A stretch of 64,000 nt of DNA from Fibrobacterota bacterium (GTDB lineage: Bacteria; Fibrobacterota; Fibrobacteria; UBA11236). Positions 29,336 to 38,446 of the stretch are shown here, piece by piece; positions within the stretch are counted from its first letter, which is position 1, and each line of letters begins with the position of its first letter. The position numbers and the translations under genes are program-made. A model generated the notes under the pieces. The model made no database searches. It was not told the DNA's origin and worked only from the letters and a program-made list of their open reading frames with translations. The stretch is from assembly GCA_028287505.1 (NCBI GenBank), contig JAQBPN010000074.1:22266-86265 (forward strand). The letters are read 5' to 3'.

Positions 29336-30227
29336 ACCGATAGAGGTGGACGGGCATGGTGGCCTTTTCCTCTTTCAACTCCAGGGTCAGGTCGGAGGTT
29401 TCGGACTTCGAGGCGAAGCAAGGCAGGCCGGTCTCCCGCTCCACCGAATACTGCAGGATACCGTGGACCACGGAGGCGTTCCAGGAATATTTCTTGTACT
29501 TGCGGTTCTGGTTGGAAGAGTTGTAGAACTGCTCCATCAGCAGGGAAAGGGAGTCCGTGCGATGGTAATACAGGGTGTAGTCGAGGCAGGATTTCTTGAG
29601 GCGCGGACGCGGCCCATCGAAGCGGGCTGAATCCGCTTTCAGGGTTTCCAGGGTCTTGTTCAGCTCCTCGACGGGGAGCGGTTGGAATGCCTCGATCTTC
29701 CGGCCGCGGGGCAGGAAGCGGTTCATGCGCCACCAGTCGCGCCATTCGGCGCGATAGTGGGCGGTATCGCTCGCCTTGAGAAGCGCGGCGCGGTATTCGT
29801 CTTTTTGCTGGATGCGGGCGAGGATGGCCTTGAGAGAATCGTACCCATCCACGCGGGAGGGAACGAAGGCGGAATCCATGGTGAAGACCAGATTGACCTT
29901 TTTCTCCAGCTCATTGGGCATGGAGAATTTGTGGTAGCCTTTGGCTATCAAGGTATCGAGCTTGCGCCGCAAGCTCCACCCGGTCCCCTGCTTTTCCAGA
30001 TCGAAGGAAAGCGTGGTCTGGAAGATGGTCCCTTCGATTTCCTTTTCCTCGTCGAGCTTGCTGGAATAGGTCCCCAGGTGGAAAATGCGGTAATGCGCCT
30101 TGTCCGGGATCTTGGGGGTGAAAACGGCCGAGCGCTCGCATTGGAACAGGCCAAGCGCGGCGAAGATCAGGGCGGCCTTGCAAGCCAGGTCGGCGGCGGA
30201 TTTCGCCCTGGTGATACTCGTCTTCAT
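29310..30227 (-). CDS. hypothetical secreted protein
   Basis: Signal peptide MKTSITRAKSAADLACKAALIFAALGLFQC; no recognisable domain. Confidence 0.35.
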   Translation of the reverse strand: MKTSITRAKSAADLACKAALIFAALGLFQCERSAVFTPKIPDKAHYRIFHLGTYSSKLDEEKEIEGTIFQTTLSFDLEKQGTGWSLRRKLDTLIAKGYHKFSMPNELEKKVNLVFTMDSAFVPSRVDGYDSLKAILARIQQKDEYRAALLKASDTAHYRAEWRDWWRMNRFLPRGRKIEAFQPLPVEELNKTLETLKADSARFDGPRPRLKKSCLDYTLYYHRTDSLSLLMEQFYNSSNQNRKYKKYSWNASVVHGILQYSVERETGLPCFASKSETSDLTLELKEEKATMPVHLYRYEEDLYEY

Positions 30228-30255
30228 GGCATCCTTTCCAATCTCGAAAATATAG

Positions 30256-30717
30256 TCAACTGGGCCGTTCCGCACGCTCGGGCCAGATCCCGAAATGGGT
30301 CAAATCCTCGTCCACGCCGGGCATGACCTCCAGGCGGGCGTAAGCCGCCCGATCCACCCAGGCATAGGCGGTATGTTCGGCGCTGAGGCGGATCTCGCCT
30401 CCGGACCAGAGCATGTGCCACAAGTGGATGAAACCGCCGTATCCGCCGATGGCCTTCAAGGTGTCCGGTCCCCTCTTGGTCACCAGACGGATGTCCGGAC
30501 CCAGCTCTTCCAGGAGTTCCCGCGTCAACCCCTGTTCCGGAGTCTCGCCCGCCTCCACGCCTCCGCCGGCTATTCCCCATTTTCCCGGCCATCTCAAAGT
30601 GCCCGGCGATCTGCGCAGCAACAGGATCTCGTCCGCTTCGTTGACGATGATGGCGGCCGCGAACTCCCGCGGCCCCGAAGGATCCGGAATGCCCGGGGAT
30701 CGAAGGTCCTCAGCCAT
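30256..30717 (-). CDS. NUDIX hydrolase
   Basis: Nudix box GIAGGGVEAGETPEQGLTRELLEELG. Start at the internal Met MAEDLRS, overlapping the miaA stop. Confidence 0.75.
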   Translation of the reverse strand: MAEDLRSPGIPDPSGPREFAAAIIVNEADEILLLRRSPGTLRWPGKWGIAGGGVEAGETPEQGLTRELLEELGPDIRLVTKRGPDTLKAIGGYGGFIHLWHMLWSGGEIRLSAEHTAYAWVDRAAYARLEVMPGVDEDLTHFGIWPERAERPS

Positions 30718-31645
30718 GGGAAGCCTCCCCTCGATTCCAGAGCTCCAGGATCCCATCGACCCCTTGTCCGGGCTCCAGCCAAGTGATGGGAACGCCGCGC
30801 CTTTCCATGCCGCGAAAATATGTTTCCTGCCGTTTGGCCAACAGGTGGATTTCATGGCGCAGGCTCGCCGCCATTTCGTCGCGCGATTTGTCTCCCGCCA
30901 GATAGTCCGAGATCTCCCGGTACTCCATGCCCAGCACCTGCATCCGTTCCCGGGTCACGCCCCGCTTCAGCAAACCTTCCACCTCTTCCACCATCCCGGC
31001 CGCCAGCCTCTCTTCCAGGCGCGCATCGATGCGGGCCCGCAAGGCCGTCCGATCCATGCGCGTTCCGAACACGGTGAAGGAAAACCCGCGCTCGGGCGGC
31101 CGGCTGAACTCCACCGGCTGCGATTGCCCCGCATGCCACACTTCCAGGGCGCGGATGATGCGCTTGCCGCTGCTCAGATCCGATCGCGCCGCCAGGTCCG
31201 GATCCTTCCGCTTCAATTCCGCTTCCAGCTCATCCCGACTCCGGCCGGCAAGGCTTTCCCGCAAGGCCGGGTTCTCCGGCACATTGGCGATGCGGTAATG
31301 CCTCAACACCGCTTCCATGTACATCCCCGTGCCGCCCGCCATCACCATGGCTTCCGCTGTCCGCCCTCCCGCTTGTGCGCATGCGTCCATCAGCCGATAG
31401 CAATCCCGTTGATATTGATAAAGACTGTACCCGGATTCCGGTTCCGCGATATCGATAAGATGATAGCGCACCGGGGGAGTGAATTTTTGGTATTCCTGCA
31501 GGTCCTTGCCGGTTCCCAGATCGAGGCCCCGGTAGATCTGGCGCGAATCGGCGGAGATCAATTCCGTTCCCAAGCGGTGGGCCAGTCCAGCCCCCAAGGC
31601 GGTCTTGCCGGTGGCCGTGGGTCCGCAAATGACCAGCAACCGCAT
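30710..31645 (-). CDS. miaA: tRNA dimethylallyltransferase
   Basis: P-loop GPTATGKT with ISADSRQIYRGLDLGT and LIDI motifs. Confidence 0.9.
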   Translation of the reverse strand: MRLLVICGPTATGKTALGAGLAHRLGTELISADSRQIYRGLDLGTGKDLQEYQKFTPPVRYHLIDIAEPESGYSLYQYQRDCYRLMDACAQAGGRTAEAMVMAGGTGMYMEAVLRHYRIANVPENPALRESLAGRSRDELEAELKRKDPDLAARSDLSSGKRIIRALEVWHAGQSQPVEFSRPPERGFSFTVFGTRMDRTALRARIDARLEERLAAGMVEEVEGLLKRGVTRERMQVLGMEYREISDYLAGDKSRDEMAASLRHEIHLLAKRQETYFRGMERRGVPITWLEPGQGVDGILELWNRGEASHG

Positions 31646-32886
31646 CAGGAGCGCCCCATGGCCCGGGAGAATCCGGATTGCAAACGCGCCAAACCCTCCT
31701 CATCCTCCGCGCTGAACAGGATCCCCACCCGCTTGGGCCGCAGGGCTTGGCCCTTAGAGGCGGCGACCGGGCCCGTCCCGCCCGGAGCTTCCAAAGCCAG
31801 CGGCGATACCGCCAGGATGCCGGTCCCGGTGTCCCGTCGGAAGGCATGCGCACCCAAGCGCGCGTCGAAGGATCGGTAGTCGCCCGGGAGATCCAGTTTC
31901 CGGGGCTTGGACCACATCCACAAAAGGGTCTTGCCCGGGAGGCGATCGGCCAGGCCGTGGGCGGGCAGGGCCATGGAGTGCCGGGCGTTGATATCGACGG
32001 TCGGCCGCAGGCGAGGGCCCGCCGGACTGCTGAAAACATAAGCGTCCACGCTGACGGGACCGAAATATCCGATGGCGTCCAGGGCTTTCGCCAATGCGGA
32101 AGCGGAGGCGCGCAAATCCCGCGACCAGGGTTCCGGCGGCATCCGCGTCGGCAGGATTTTAACGCCCAGGAATGCCCCGTCCCGGGAATTCAAAAGCTGA
32201 TGGCCGCGGAAGGCCTTGAGCGCACCGCCCTTTTCCACGCTGAAGTTGACGGACATGTCCATGAGCCTTTGCTGCCAGGGTTCCGCCACCACGCATCCAT
32301 GTTCCTCGAGCAGCTGCGCCAGAGCTTGCCTGTCCACCTCGGCCAAGGGGCCGGAGGGAACCCGGCGGTTGGCGGTACCGGCATGACCGTGATTGCCCTT
32401 GACCACCCAGCCCTCCGGTTCGGCGCGGCCATGCAGGAAATCCTCCAGCTCCGGCAGGGAAACGAACAAGCTACCGTATCCTCCCGGTGGCTCGGCGCCG
32501 GCGCATTCCCGCTCCCAGGCCAGGCTGAAGACCCTGGAGTTGGCGGTTTTCACCGCGGCCGAATCGGGATGGGCCGGCTGCCCGGCATACCGTTCCGCCA
32601 GGCCCTCCGCATGCGCGTTCCACCCGAAAGGCGTGAAGACGGATTGCGCGGAATAGTCGGGATGCACCACGATACGCGGCAACGCCAATCCCTTTTCCGC
32701 CAGATAGGCCAGGAAGTCTCCGGGCAGAGGACGGTGGACAATCAGGCTATCGCTTTTGCCGCCCGCGAACAGGAAATGCCAGGCCATCTCATGGACGAAG
32801 GTGGGATCCGGGGATTCCAACAAAGACGGCCGGCCGCGCAGGCTGAGGTCGAAATCGGAATTGAGGTAGAATTCGAGGGATGGCAA
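31645..32886 (-). CDS. uncharacterised ATP-grasp-like protein
   Basis: ATP-grasp-like elements: WVVKGNHGHAGTANRRV (Lys/Gly-rich loop), CVVAEPWQQ and the C-terminal DINARHSM. Translationally coupled to miaA. The assignment is tentative. Confidence 0.4.
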   Translation of the reverse strand: MPSLEFYLNSDFDLSLRGRPSLLESPDPTFVHEMAWHFLFAGGKSDSLIVHRPLPGDFLAYLAEKGLALPRIVVHPDYSAQSVFTPFGWNAHAEGLAERYAGQPAHPDSAAVKTANSRVFSLAWERECAGAEPPGGYGSLFVSLPELEDFLHGRAEPEGWVVKGNHGHAGTANRRVPSGPLAEVDRQALAQLLEEHGCVVAEPWQQRLMDMSVNFSVEKGGALKAFRGHQLLNSRDGAFLGVKILPTRMPPEPWSRDLRASASALAKALDAIGYFGPVSVDAYVFSSPAGPRLRPTVDINARHSMALPAHGLADRLPGKTLLWMWSKPRKLDLPGDYRSFDARLGAHAFRRDTGTGILAVSPLALEAPGGTGPVAASKGQALRPKRVGILFSAEDEEGLARLQSGFSRAMGRS

Positions 32887-32951
32887 TGCGGTCCGCTGTC
32901 CTGTCCTGCCCGGTGGATTGGCTATGGCTTCCGGGTCCGTAAATCGTTTAT

Positions 32952-33605
32952 TTGAGTATGTTATTCGCCATGAGCACCAAAGTCAACCGATTCCCCGGAG
33001 ACGGCGCCGATTCCCCGACGCGATTCCTGGCCTGCGCCTGGGCCGTCCTCGCCTTGCTGCTTCTGGGCGCATGCACCCTGCATCCGGGACGGGGGCTGAA
33101 ATCCTGCCAGTACCGCTTCCAGACCTTCACGTTCCTGGGCATGGATGCGGGACAAACCCATTGGCAGGTGGATGTGGCCGTATCCAATCCCAACGACCAC
33201 GACGTCACCCTTACCCGCATGCGCTATGCCCTGCTGTATAACGCGGATACCCTGCTCTCCGGCTGGAACCCGGAAAAGCAGACCGTGGCCGCCAAGGACT
33301 CGATGATGCTCCGCACCACTTTGGACCTTCCCAACACCCTGCTCAAGCGGTTGCCGCCGGAAATCTGGACCCAGACCGATGCCAAATTCCTCATCCAGGC
33401 TGACGCCTATCTCACCACCTGGGTGGGCGATATCGTGGTTCCGGGAGCCGTCAAGGAAACCGTGCATATCAACATGATCGAACAGTTGGCCAGGTACAAG
33501 GACATGCTGATGCGGCAGTTCTTTACCTGGCCCGGCCGGCATCTGGAAGACGGAGGCATCAACGCCCCGGACGGAAGCGAGCCCGCGCCCAACGAGCACT
33601 TGTAA
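32952..33605 (+). CDS. LEA_2/WHy-domain lipoprotein (water-stress / hypersensitive-response-like)
   Basis: Lipobox LLLGAC and an NPN signature (VAVSNPNDHDVTL) with LEA_2 beta-sandwich periodicity. Confidence 0.5.
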   Translation: MSMLFAMSTKVNRFPGDGADSPTRFLACAWAVLALLLLGACTLHPGRGLKSCQYRFQTFTFLGMDAGQTHWQVDVAVSNPNDHDVTLTRMRYALLYNADTLLSGWNPEKQTVAAKDSMMLRTTLDLPNTLLKRLPPEIWTQTDAKFLIQADAYLTTWVGDIVVPGAVKETVHINMIEQLARYKDMLMRQFFTWPGRHLEDGGINAPDGSEPAPNEHL

Positions 33606-33629
33606 GCTCCGGTCGGCGCCCGCCGGGAA

Positions 33630-34517
33630 TCAGGCGAACACGTTTCCCGATAGGTAGCGGTCGCCGCGATCGCAAATGATGGCGACGATCACTCCGGACT
33701 TGATCCGCTTGGCGATTTCCAGGGCGCAATAGACGGCCCCTCCCGAAGAAATGCCCGCGAAGACTCCTTCCTTATGGGAAAGCTCCCGGGTCCAGAGCTC
33801 CGCATTGGCCTGGCTGACGTCCAGGATTTCATCGACGCGGGACTTCTCGTAAATCTTGGGCAGATATTCCACGGGCCAACGGCGGATGCCGGGGATGCAG
33901 GAACCGTCCGTGGGCTGGGCGCCTACGATGCGCACCTCGGGATTCTTCTCCTTGAGGTAGCGCGAGACGCCCATGATGGTTCCGGTGGTGCCCATGCTAG
34001 ACACGAAATGGGTGATGCGCCCTTCCGTATCCTTCCAAATCTCCGGACCCGTGGTCTCGTAATGGGCGGCGGGATTGTCGGGATTGGAAAATTGATCGAG
34101 CATGTGGAAACCGCCCTGGGCCACTTTGGCCCGGGCGTAATCGATGGTGCCTTCCATGCCCTTCTCCGCCGAAGTAAGATGCACGATGGCGCCGTAGGCC
34201 CGCATGGTCTTGACGCGTTCCGCGGTCGCGCTTTCCGGCATCACCAGATGCATTTCGAACCCGGACACCGCCGCGATCATGGCCAGGGCGATGCCGGTGT
34301 TGCCGCTGGTGGGCTCTATCAGCTTCATGCCGGGTTTGAGGGTTCCCCGCTCCAGGGCTTTGAGGATCATGGAACGCGCGGGCCTGTCCTTCACCGAACC
34401 GCCGGGATTGTTTCCCTCCAACTTGGCGAAAATCTTCACGTTGGGATTGGGGTTGATCCGCTTGAGCTCCACCATGGGAGTGTTGCCGACCAGGTCGAGT
34501 AAGGTCATGGGCGTCAT
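33630..34517 (-). CDS. cysK: cysteine synthase (O-acetylserine sulfhydrylase)
   Basis: PLP-lysine motif NPGGSVKDR, GNTG loop, and SSGGA. Confidence 0.9.
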   Translation of the reverse strand: MTPMTLLDLVGNTPMVELKRINPNPNVKIFAKLEGNNPGGSVKDRPARSMILKALERGTLKPGMKLIEPTSGNTGIALAMIAAVSGFEMHLVMPESATAERVKTMRAYGAIVHLTSAEKGMEGTIDYARAKVAQGGFHMLDQFSNPDNPAAHYETTGPEIWKDTEGRITHFVSSMGTTGTIMGVSRYLKEKNPEVRIVGAQPTDGSCIPGIRRWPVEYLPKIYEKSRVDEILDVSQANAELWTRELSHKEGVFAGISSGGAVYCALEIAKRIKSGVIVAIICDRGDRYLSGNVFA

Positions 34518-34602
34518 CGGGCTCCGTCCTCTATGCTTCCAGGATCACGGGAAGCAACGCGTCCCGTATCCCTTTGAAAATAGTAAAAATTGCTATTTTC
34601 GC

Positions 34603-36654
34603 ATGAATTCCCTGGCAGTCGCCGTTCCCTTCAAAGCAGAGATCCGGGCCGAAATGATGACCAAAAAGGAAGTCCAGAAAAAGATCCAGGAACTGCGGGC
34701 CGTCCTCGTGGACGCCAACGAAAAGTATTACCGCCTGGGCCGCTCCCCCATGTCCGATGAGGATTTCGATTTCAAGGTCAAGGAGCTGGCCGCCCTGGAA
34801 GCCGAGCATCCCGAATTCGCCCTGGAAGCATCCCCCACCGTGGCGGTGGGGAGCGATTTGAGCCCAGGCTTCCGCAAGGTGGAGCATAAGTATCCCATGC
34901 TCAGCATCCAGAACACCTATTCCGAAGAAGAGCTGGCGGATTGGCACCGGCAGGTCACCGAAAAGATAGACCCGGCGGACCTCGAATACGTGGTGGAACT
35001 CAAAATCGACGGCGTCGCCATGAGCCTGGTCTACGAGAACCGGAAACTCAACCTTGCCGTGACCCGCGGGGACGGGACCGTGGGCGACGAAGTGACCCGG
35101 AACGTCCTCAATATCAAGAGCATCCCGACCAAGCTCCCGCCTTCCTTTCCGGACGACCGCGTGGAAGTGCGCGGCGAGATCTATATGACCCGGCAGAACT
35201 TCAAAACCTTCAACGAGTATTCCCTGCTGACCTACGGCAAGGAACAGCAGAACCCGCGCAATACCGCCGCCGGCAGCCTGAAGCTCAAGGACCCGAAGGA
35301 AAGCGCCCTGCGCAAGCTGGATTTCTTCGCCTACGCCATCCTGGTGGATAAACCCGACGGCACCCATTGGGGCAACCTGAACGCCTTGGAAAAGGCCGGT
35401 TTCCCCGTGAACGACAAGCGCGCCAAGGTCAAGGACGTGGCCGGGATCATGGAAGTGTGCGCCGACTGGCTGAAAATCCGCGACGACCTCCCCTACAATA
35501 TCGACGGCGCCGTGGTGAAAGTGAACGACCTGCGCCAGCAAATCCAGCTGGGACGCACTTCCAAGAGCCCCAAGTGGGTCATCGCCTACAAATACAAGAC
35601 GGAAGCGGTGGAAACCGTACTGGAATCCGTGAGCTACCAGGTGGGACGTACCGGCGCGGTTACCCCGGTGGCCCATCTCAAACCCATTCTTCTGGGCGGC
35701 ACCCTGGTCAAACGCGCCACCCTGCACAACTTCGACGAAATCGAACGCCTGGGCTTGAAGATCAAGGACCACGTCATCGTGGAAAAGGGCGGGGAAATCA
35801 TCCCCAAGGTCGTTTCCGTGGTGGAGTCCAAGCGCCCAAGGAATGCGGAGACTATCGAGCCCCCGGCCCAATGCCCCGTTTGCGGTTCCGATCTCACCAA
35901 AGACGAGGAGGCGGTGGCCCTACGGTGCGACAATCTGCAATGCCCGGCCCAGGTCACGCGCTCCATCCTGCACTTCGTCGGCCGTCCCGCCATGAACATC
36001 GAACATATCGGCCCGGCCCTTGTAGAGTCCCTGCTCAAGGACGGATTGATCCGGTCCGTGGCCGATCTCTACTTCCTGAACCAGGAACAATTGGAATCCC
36101 TGGAACGCATGGCCGAGAAATCCGCCGCCAACGTCATTGAGTCCATCCAGGGAAGCAAGACCCGCGGCCTCGACAGGCTTATCCACGGCTTCGGCATCCG
36201 TTTTATCGGCAAGACCAGCTCAACCCTGCTGGCCCGGCATTTCAAGACGCTGGAAGCCCTCCGCGCGGCCTCCCTGGAAGACCTGCTGGCCATCCATGAA
36301 ATCGGCGACCGCATGGCGGAAAGCATTTTCAAATTCTTCCGGAATCCCATCACGGACGCCTTGATCGCCAAACTCGCGGAAGCCGGCGTCAGCCTGGAAT
36401 ATCAGGGGGCCGAAGGCTCGGATGAGCTGGCCGGCAAGACTTTCGTCCTGACGGGAACCCTGCCTACCTGGTCCCGGGAAGAGGCCAAGGAGATTATCGA
36501 AAAGGCCGGGGGCAAAACCACGGACTCCGTCAGCAAGAAGACCTCCTTCCTTTTGGCGGGCGAGGCCGCCGGATCCAAGCTGGAAAAGGCCAAAAAGCTG
36601 GGCGTATCGGTTATTTCCGAACCGGATTTGAAGAAGATGCTGGGGCTGTCTTGA
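34603..36654 (+). CDS. ligA: NAD-dependent DNA ligase
   Basis: KxDG adenylation motif (ELKIDGVAMSL), four-Cys zinc finger (CPVCGS...CDNLQC), HhH region and C-terminal BRCT (GKTFVLTGTL). The track ORF begins at 34204 inside cysK; the start is placed at the internal Met. Confidence 0.9.
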   Translation: MNSLAVAVPFKAEIRAEMMTKKEVQKKIQELRAVLVDANEKYYRLGRSPMSDEDFDFKVKELAALEAEHPEFALEASPTVAVGSDLSPGFRKVEHKYPMLSIQNTYSEEELADWHRQVTEKIDPADLEYVVELKIDGVAMSLVYENRKLNLAVTRGDGTVGDEVTRNVLNIKSIPTKLPPSFPDDRVEVRGEIYMTRQNFKTFNEYSLLTYGKEQQNPRNTAAGSLKLKDPKESALRKLDFFAYAILVDKPDGTHWGNLNALEKAGFPVNDKRAKVKDVAGIMEVCADWLKIRDDLPYNIDGAVVKVNDLRQQIQLGRTSKSPKWVIAYKYKTEAVETVLESVSYQVGRTGAVTPVAHLKPILLGGTLVKRATLHNFDEIERLGLKIKDHVIVEKGGEIIPKVVSVVESKRPRNAETIEPPAQCPVCGSDLTKDEEAVALRCDNLQCPAQVTRSILHFVGRPAMNIEHIGPALVESLLKDGLIRSVADLYFLNQEQLESLERMAEKSAANVIESIQGSKTRGLDRLIHGFGIRFIGKTSSTLLARHFKTLEALRAASLEDLLAIHEIGDRMAESIFKFFRNPITDALIAKLAEAGVSLEYQGAEGSDELAGKTFVLTGTLPTWSREEAKEIIEKAGGKTTDSVSKKTSFLLAGEAAGSKLEKAKKLGVSVISEPDLKKMLGLS

Positions 36655-36737
36655 CGCCGGAGGCGCCTTTTTCTAAACTATAACGCTCTTCAGGGATTTT
36701 CCGCATCACCAAGCGCGGATGTAACCCCTGGATTCAT

Positions 36738-36813
36738 GCGGGTTTAGCTCAGTTGGTAGAGCATCTCCTTGCCAAGGAGAAGGTCGAGGGTTCGAGTCTC
36801 TTAACCCGCTCCA
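36738..36813 (+). tRNA. tRNA-Gly (anticodon GCC)
   Basis: Manual cloverleaf: acceptor GCGGGTT/AACCCGC, D-arm GCTC-AGTTGGTA-GAGC, anticodon loop TTGCCAA, T-loop TTCGAGT, CCA encoded. Closely resembles E. coli glyV. Confidence 0.9.
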
Positions 36814-36816
36814 AAA

Positions 36817-36844
36817 GCCTCCTAGGAAACTAGGGGGCTTTTTT
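36817..36844 (+). terminator. rho-independent terminator after tRNA-Gly
   Basis: 9-bp stem gcctcctag / ctagggggc with a GAAA tetraloop followed by TTTTTT. Confidence 0.65.
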
Positions 36845-36938
36845 AATGGTGCCTCCGCCCGAATCCCCTTTTCGGCCCCGGGTTTTTAAGCAAGAATATA
36901 GTGGTGCTTTCCGCGAAGATTCCCGAAGGCCGAGGCCC

Positions 36939-37340
36939 ATGGACGAATCCATTAATTCCGTTATTCTGATCACCGATGATGATGCGGAGGACCGGAGCCG
37001 CATGAGACGGTATCTGCAATCCGAAGGCTATGGGGTGCTGGAAGCCATGGACGGCGAAGAGGCGCTGACCATGGCCGGGAATGCGGCTGTCCGTATCGAC
37101 TTGTTGATTACCGATATCCGCATGCCCCAAATGAACGGCAGCGATCTGGCGAAACGGATTCTGAACCTCCGTCCGGACCTGAAGGTGCTTTTCGTTTCCG
37201 GCTACTCGCTGGAAATATCGGCGCTCCTCAAAGCCTGCGTCGAAAAATCGGCCCTGATCAACAAGTCCGTCGATAAGAAAGAATTCCTGTCGCAGGTGAG
37301 GCAATTTATCGCCTCGCCCATCCCAAGCAATCCGGCTTGA
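36939..37340 (+). CDS. single-domain response regulator (CheY-like REC)
   Basis: REC signatures ILITDDDAED, LLITDIRMPQMNGSDL and KVLFVSGY. Confidence 0.7.
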   Translation: MDESINSVILITDDDAEDRSRMRRYLQSEGYGVLEAMDGEEALTMAGNAAVRIDLLITDIRMPQMNGSDLAKRILNLRPDLKVLFVSGYSLEISALLKACVEKSALINKSVDKKEFLSQVRQFIASPIPSNPA

Positions 37341-37364
37341 TGCAATCACCCTGGAGACCCAGGA

Positions 37365-38294
37365 TCAGAAGACCATCCCGTGGGCCAACCTCGAACCGGC
37401 TTTCCACTTCGGCAGTTTCTTGGAATCCCTGACTCTTTCCGGTACGCGCCTCAACTCCCGGACAAGACCGGCCATCGCCATCGCTTTGAGCAGATAGAAG
37501 GTGATATCCACCTCCCACCAGAAAAAACCCTGCCTGGCGGAAGCGGGGAAATGGTGATGGTTGTTATGCCACCCCTCTCCCAAGGTGAAAAGCGCAAGCA
37601 ACGGGCTGTTCCTGCTCTCGTCGCCCGTTTCGTACCGCGCTCTGCCCATCAGGTGCCCCAGGGAATTGATGCTGAAGGTCCCATGGTACACCATCACGGT
37701 GGAAACGAAAAAACCCCAGACCAGCATTTGCATGGCTCCGGTCCCGAGGGCTGGCCGCCAAGCCTGCAGGAAATACCCCAAGACGCACATACAGGCCCCG
37801 GCGATAAGCGGTGGGACCCAATGATACCGTTCCAGCCATCTGAGTTCAGGGTAGGCTAGCAAATCGCGGATCCGCTCCTCGCGGACGGCGTAGGACGAAG
37901 GGTTGAAGAACCAAAGGACGTGGCTGTACCAGAAGCCCATCCTCACCGGAGAATGGGGATCGCGCGGTCCATCGGAAAACATATGATGTTCGCGATGATG
38001 CGAAGCCCACCAGAGAGGGCCCTTCTGGCAGGCCATGCAACCCAGACAGGCGAAGACGAATTGGGTGGCCCTTCCGGTCTTGAAGGATCGGTGGGAGAAG
38101 TAACGATGATACCAGCCCGTAATGGCGAACATGCGGACCAGATAGAAGGCCAGCCCGACCAAGGCCGCAACCGGGCTGACCCCGGTCCAGATGGCCCCCA
38201 GGCAAACCGCATGGATGACCCAAAAGGAGATTCTTTTTTGTTTCCGGGAAACCTTGATAAGGAACGGCGTCAGGGAATCTTGATGCGCGATCAT
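37365..38294 (-). CDS. acyl-CoA (delta-9) fatty acid desaturase
   Basis: Three histidine boxes (HRYFSH, HHREHH, HNNHHHF) in a membrane desaturase layout. Confidence 0.85.
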   Translation of the reverse strand: MIAHQDSLTPFLIKVSRKQKRISFWVIHAVCLGAIWTGVSPVAALVGLAFYLVRMFAITGWYHRYFSHRSFKTGRATQFVFACLGCMACQKGPLWWASHHREHHMFSDGPRDPHSPVRMGFWYSHVLWFFNPSSYAVREERIRDLLAYPELRWLERYHWVPPLIAGACMCVLGYFLQAWRPALGTGAMQMLVWGFFVSTVMVYHGTFSINSLGHLMGRARYETGDESRNSPLLALFTLGEGWHNNHHHFPASARQGFFWWEVDITFYLLKAMAMAGLVRELRRVPERVRDSKKLPKWKAGSRLAHGMVF

Positions 38295-38446
38295 AGGGAC
38301 ATCCCTCCATTTATCAAAAAACAATATTTGGCCCCCTGACGTGGAGGCCATTACATGTTTTTACAAAAGGTTCGGAGGGACCCGGTGGAAGGGAAATCCG
38401 CCGGGGAATCGGCTCCCCGTCCCGATGGGACGGGGGTGCGCGTGGA

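Noticed and set aside
34204-34602. 133-aa N-terminal extension of the ligA ORF
   Set aside because: It lies inside cysK on the opposite strand. The LigA homology (…ELRAVLVDANEKYYRLG…) starts after the internal Met at 34603/34654.
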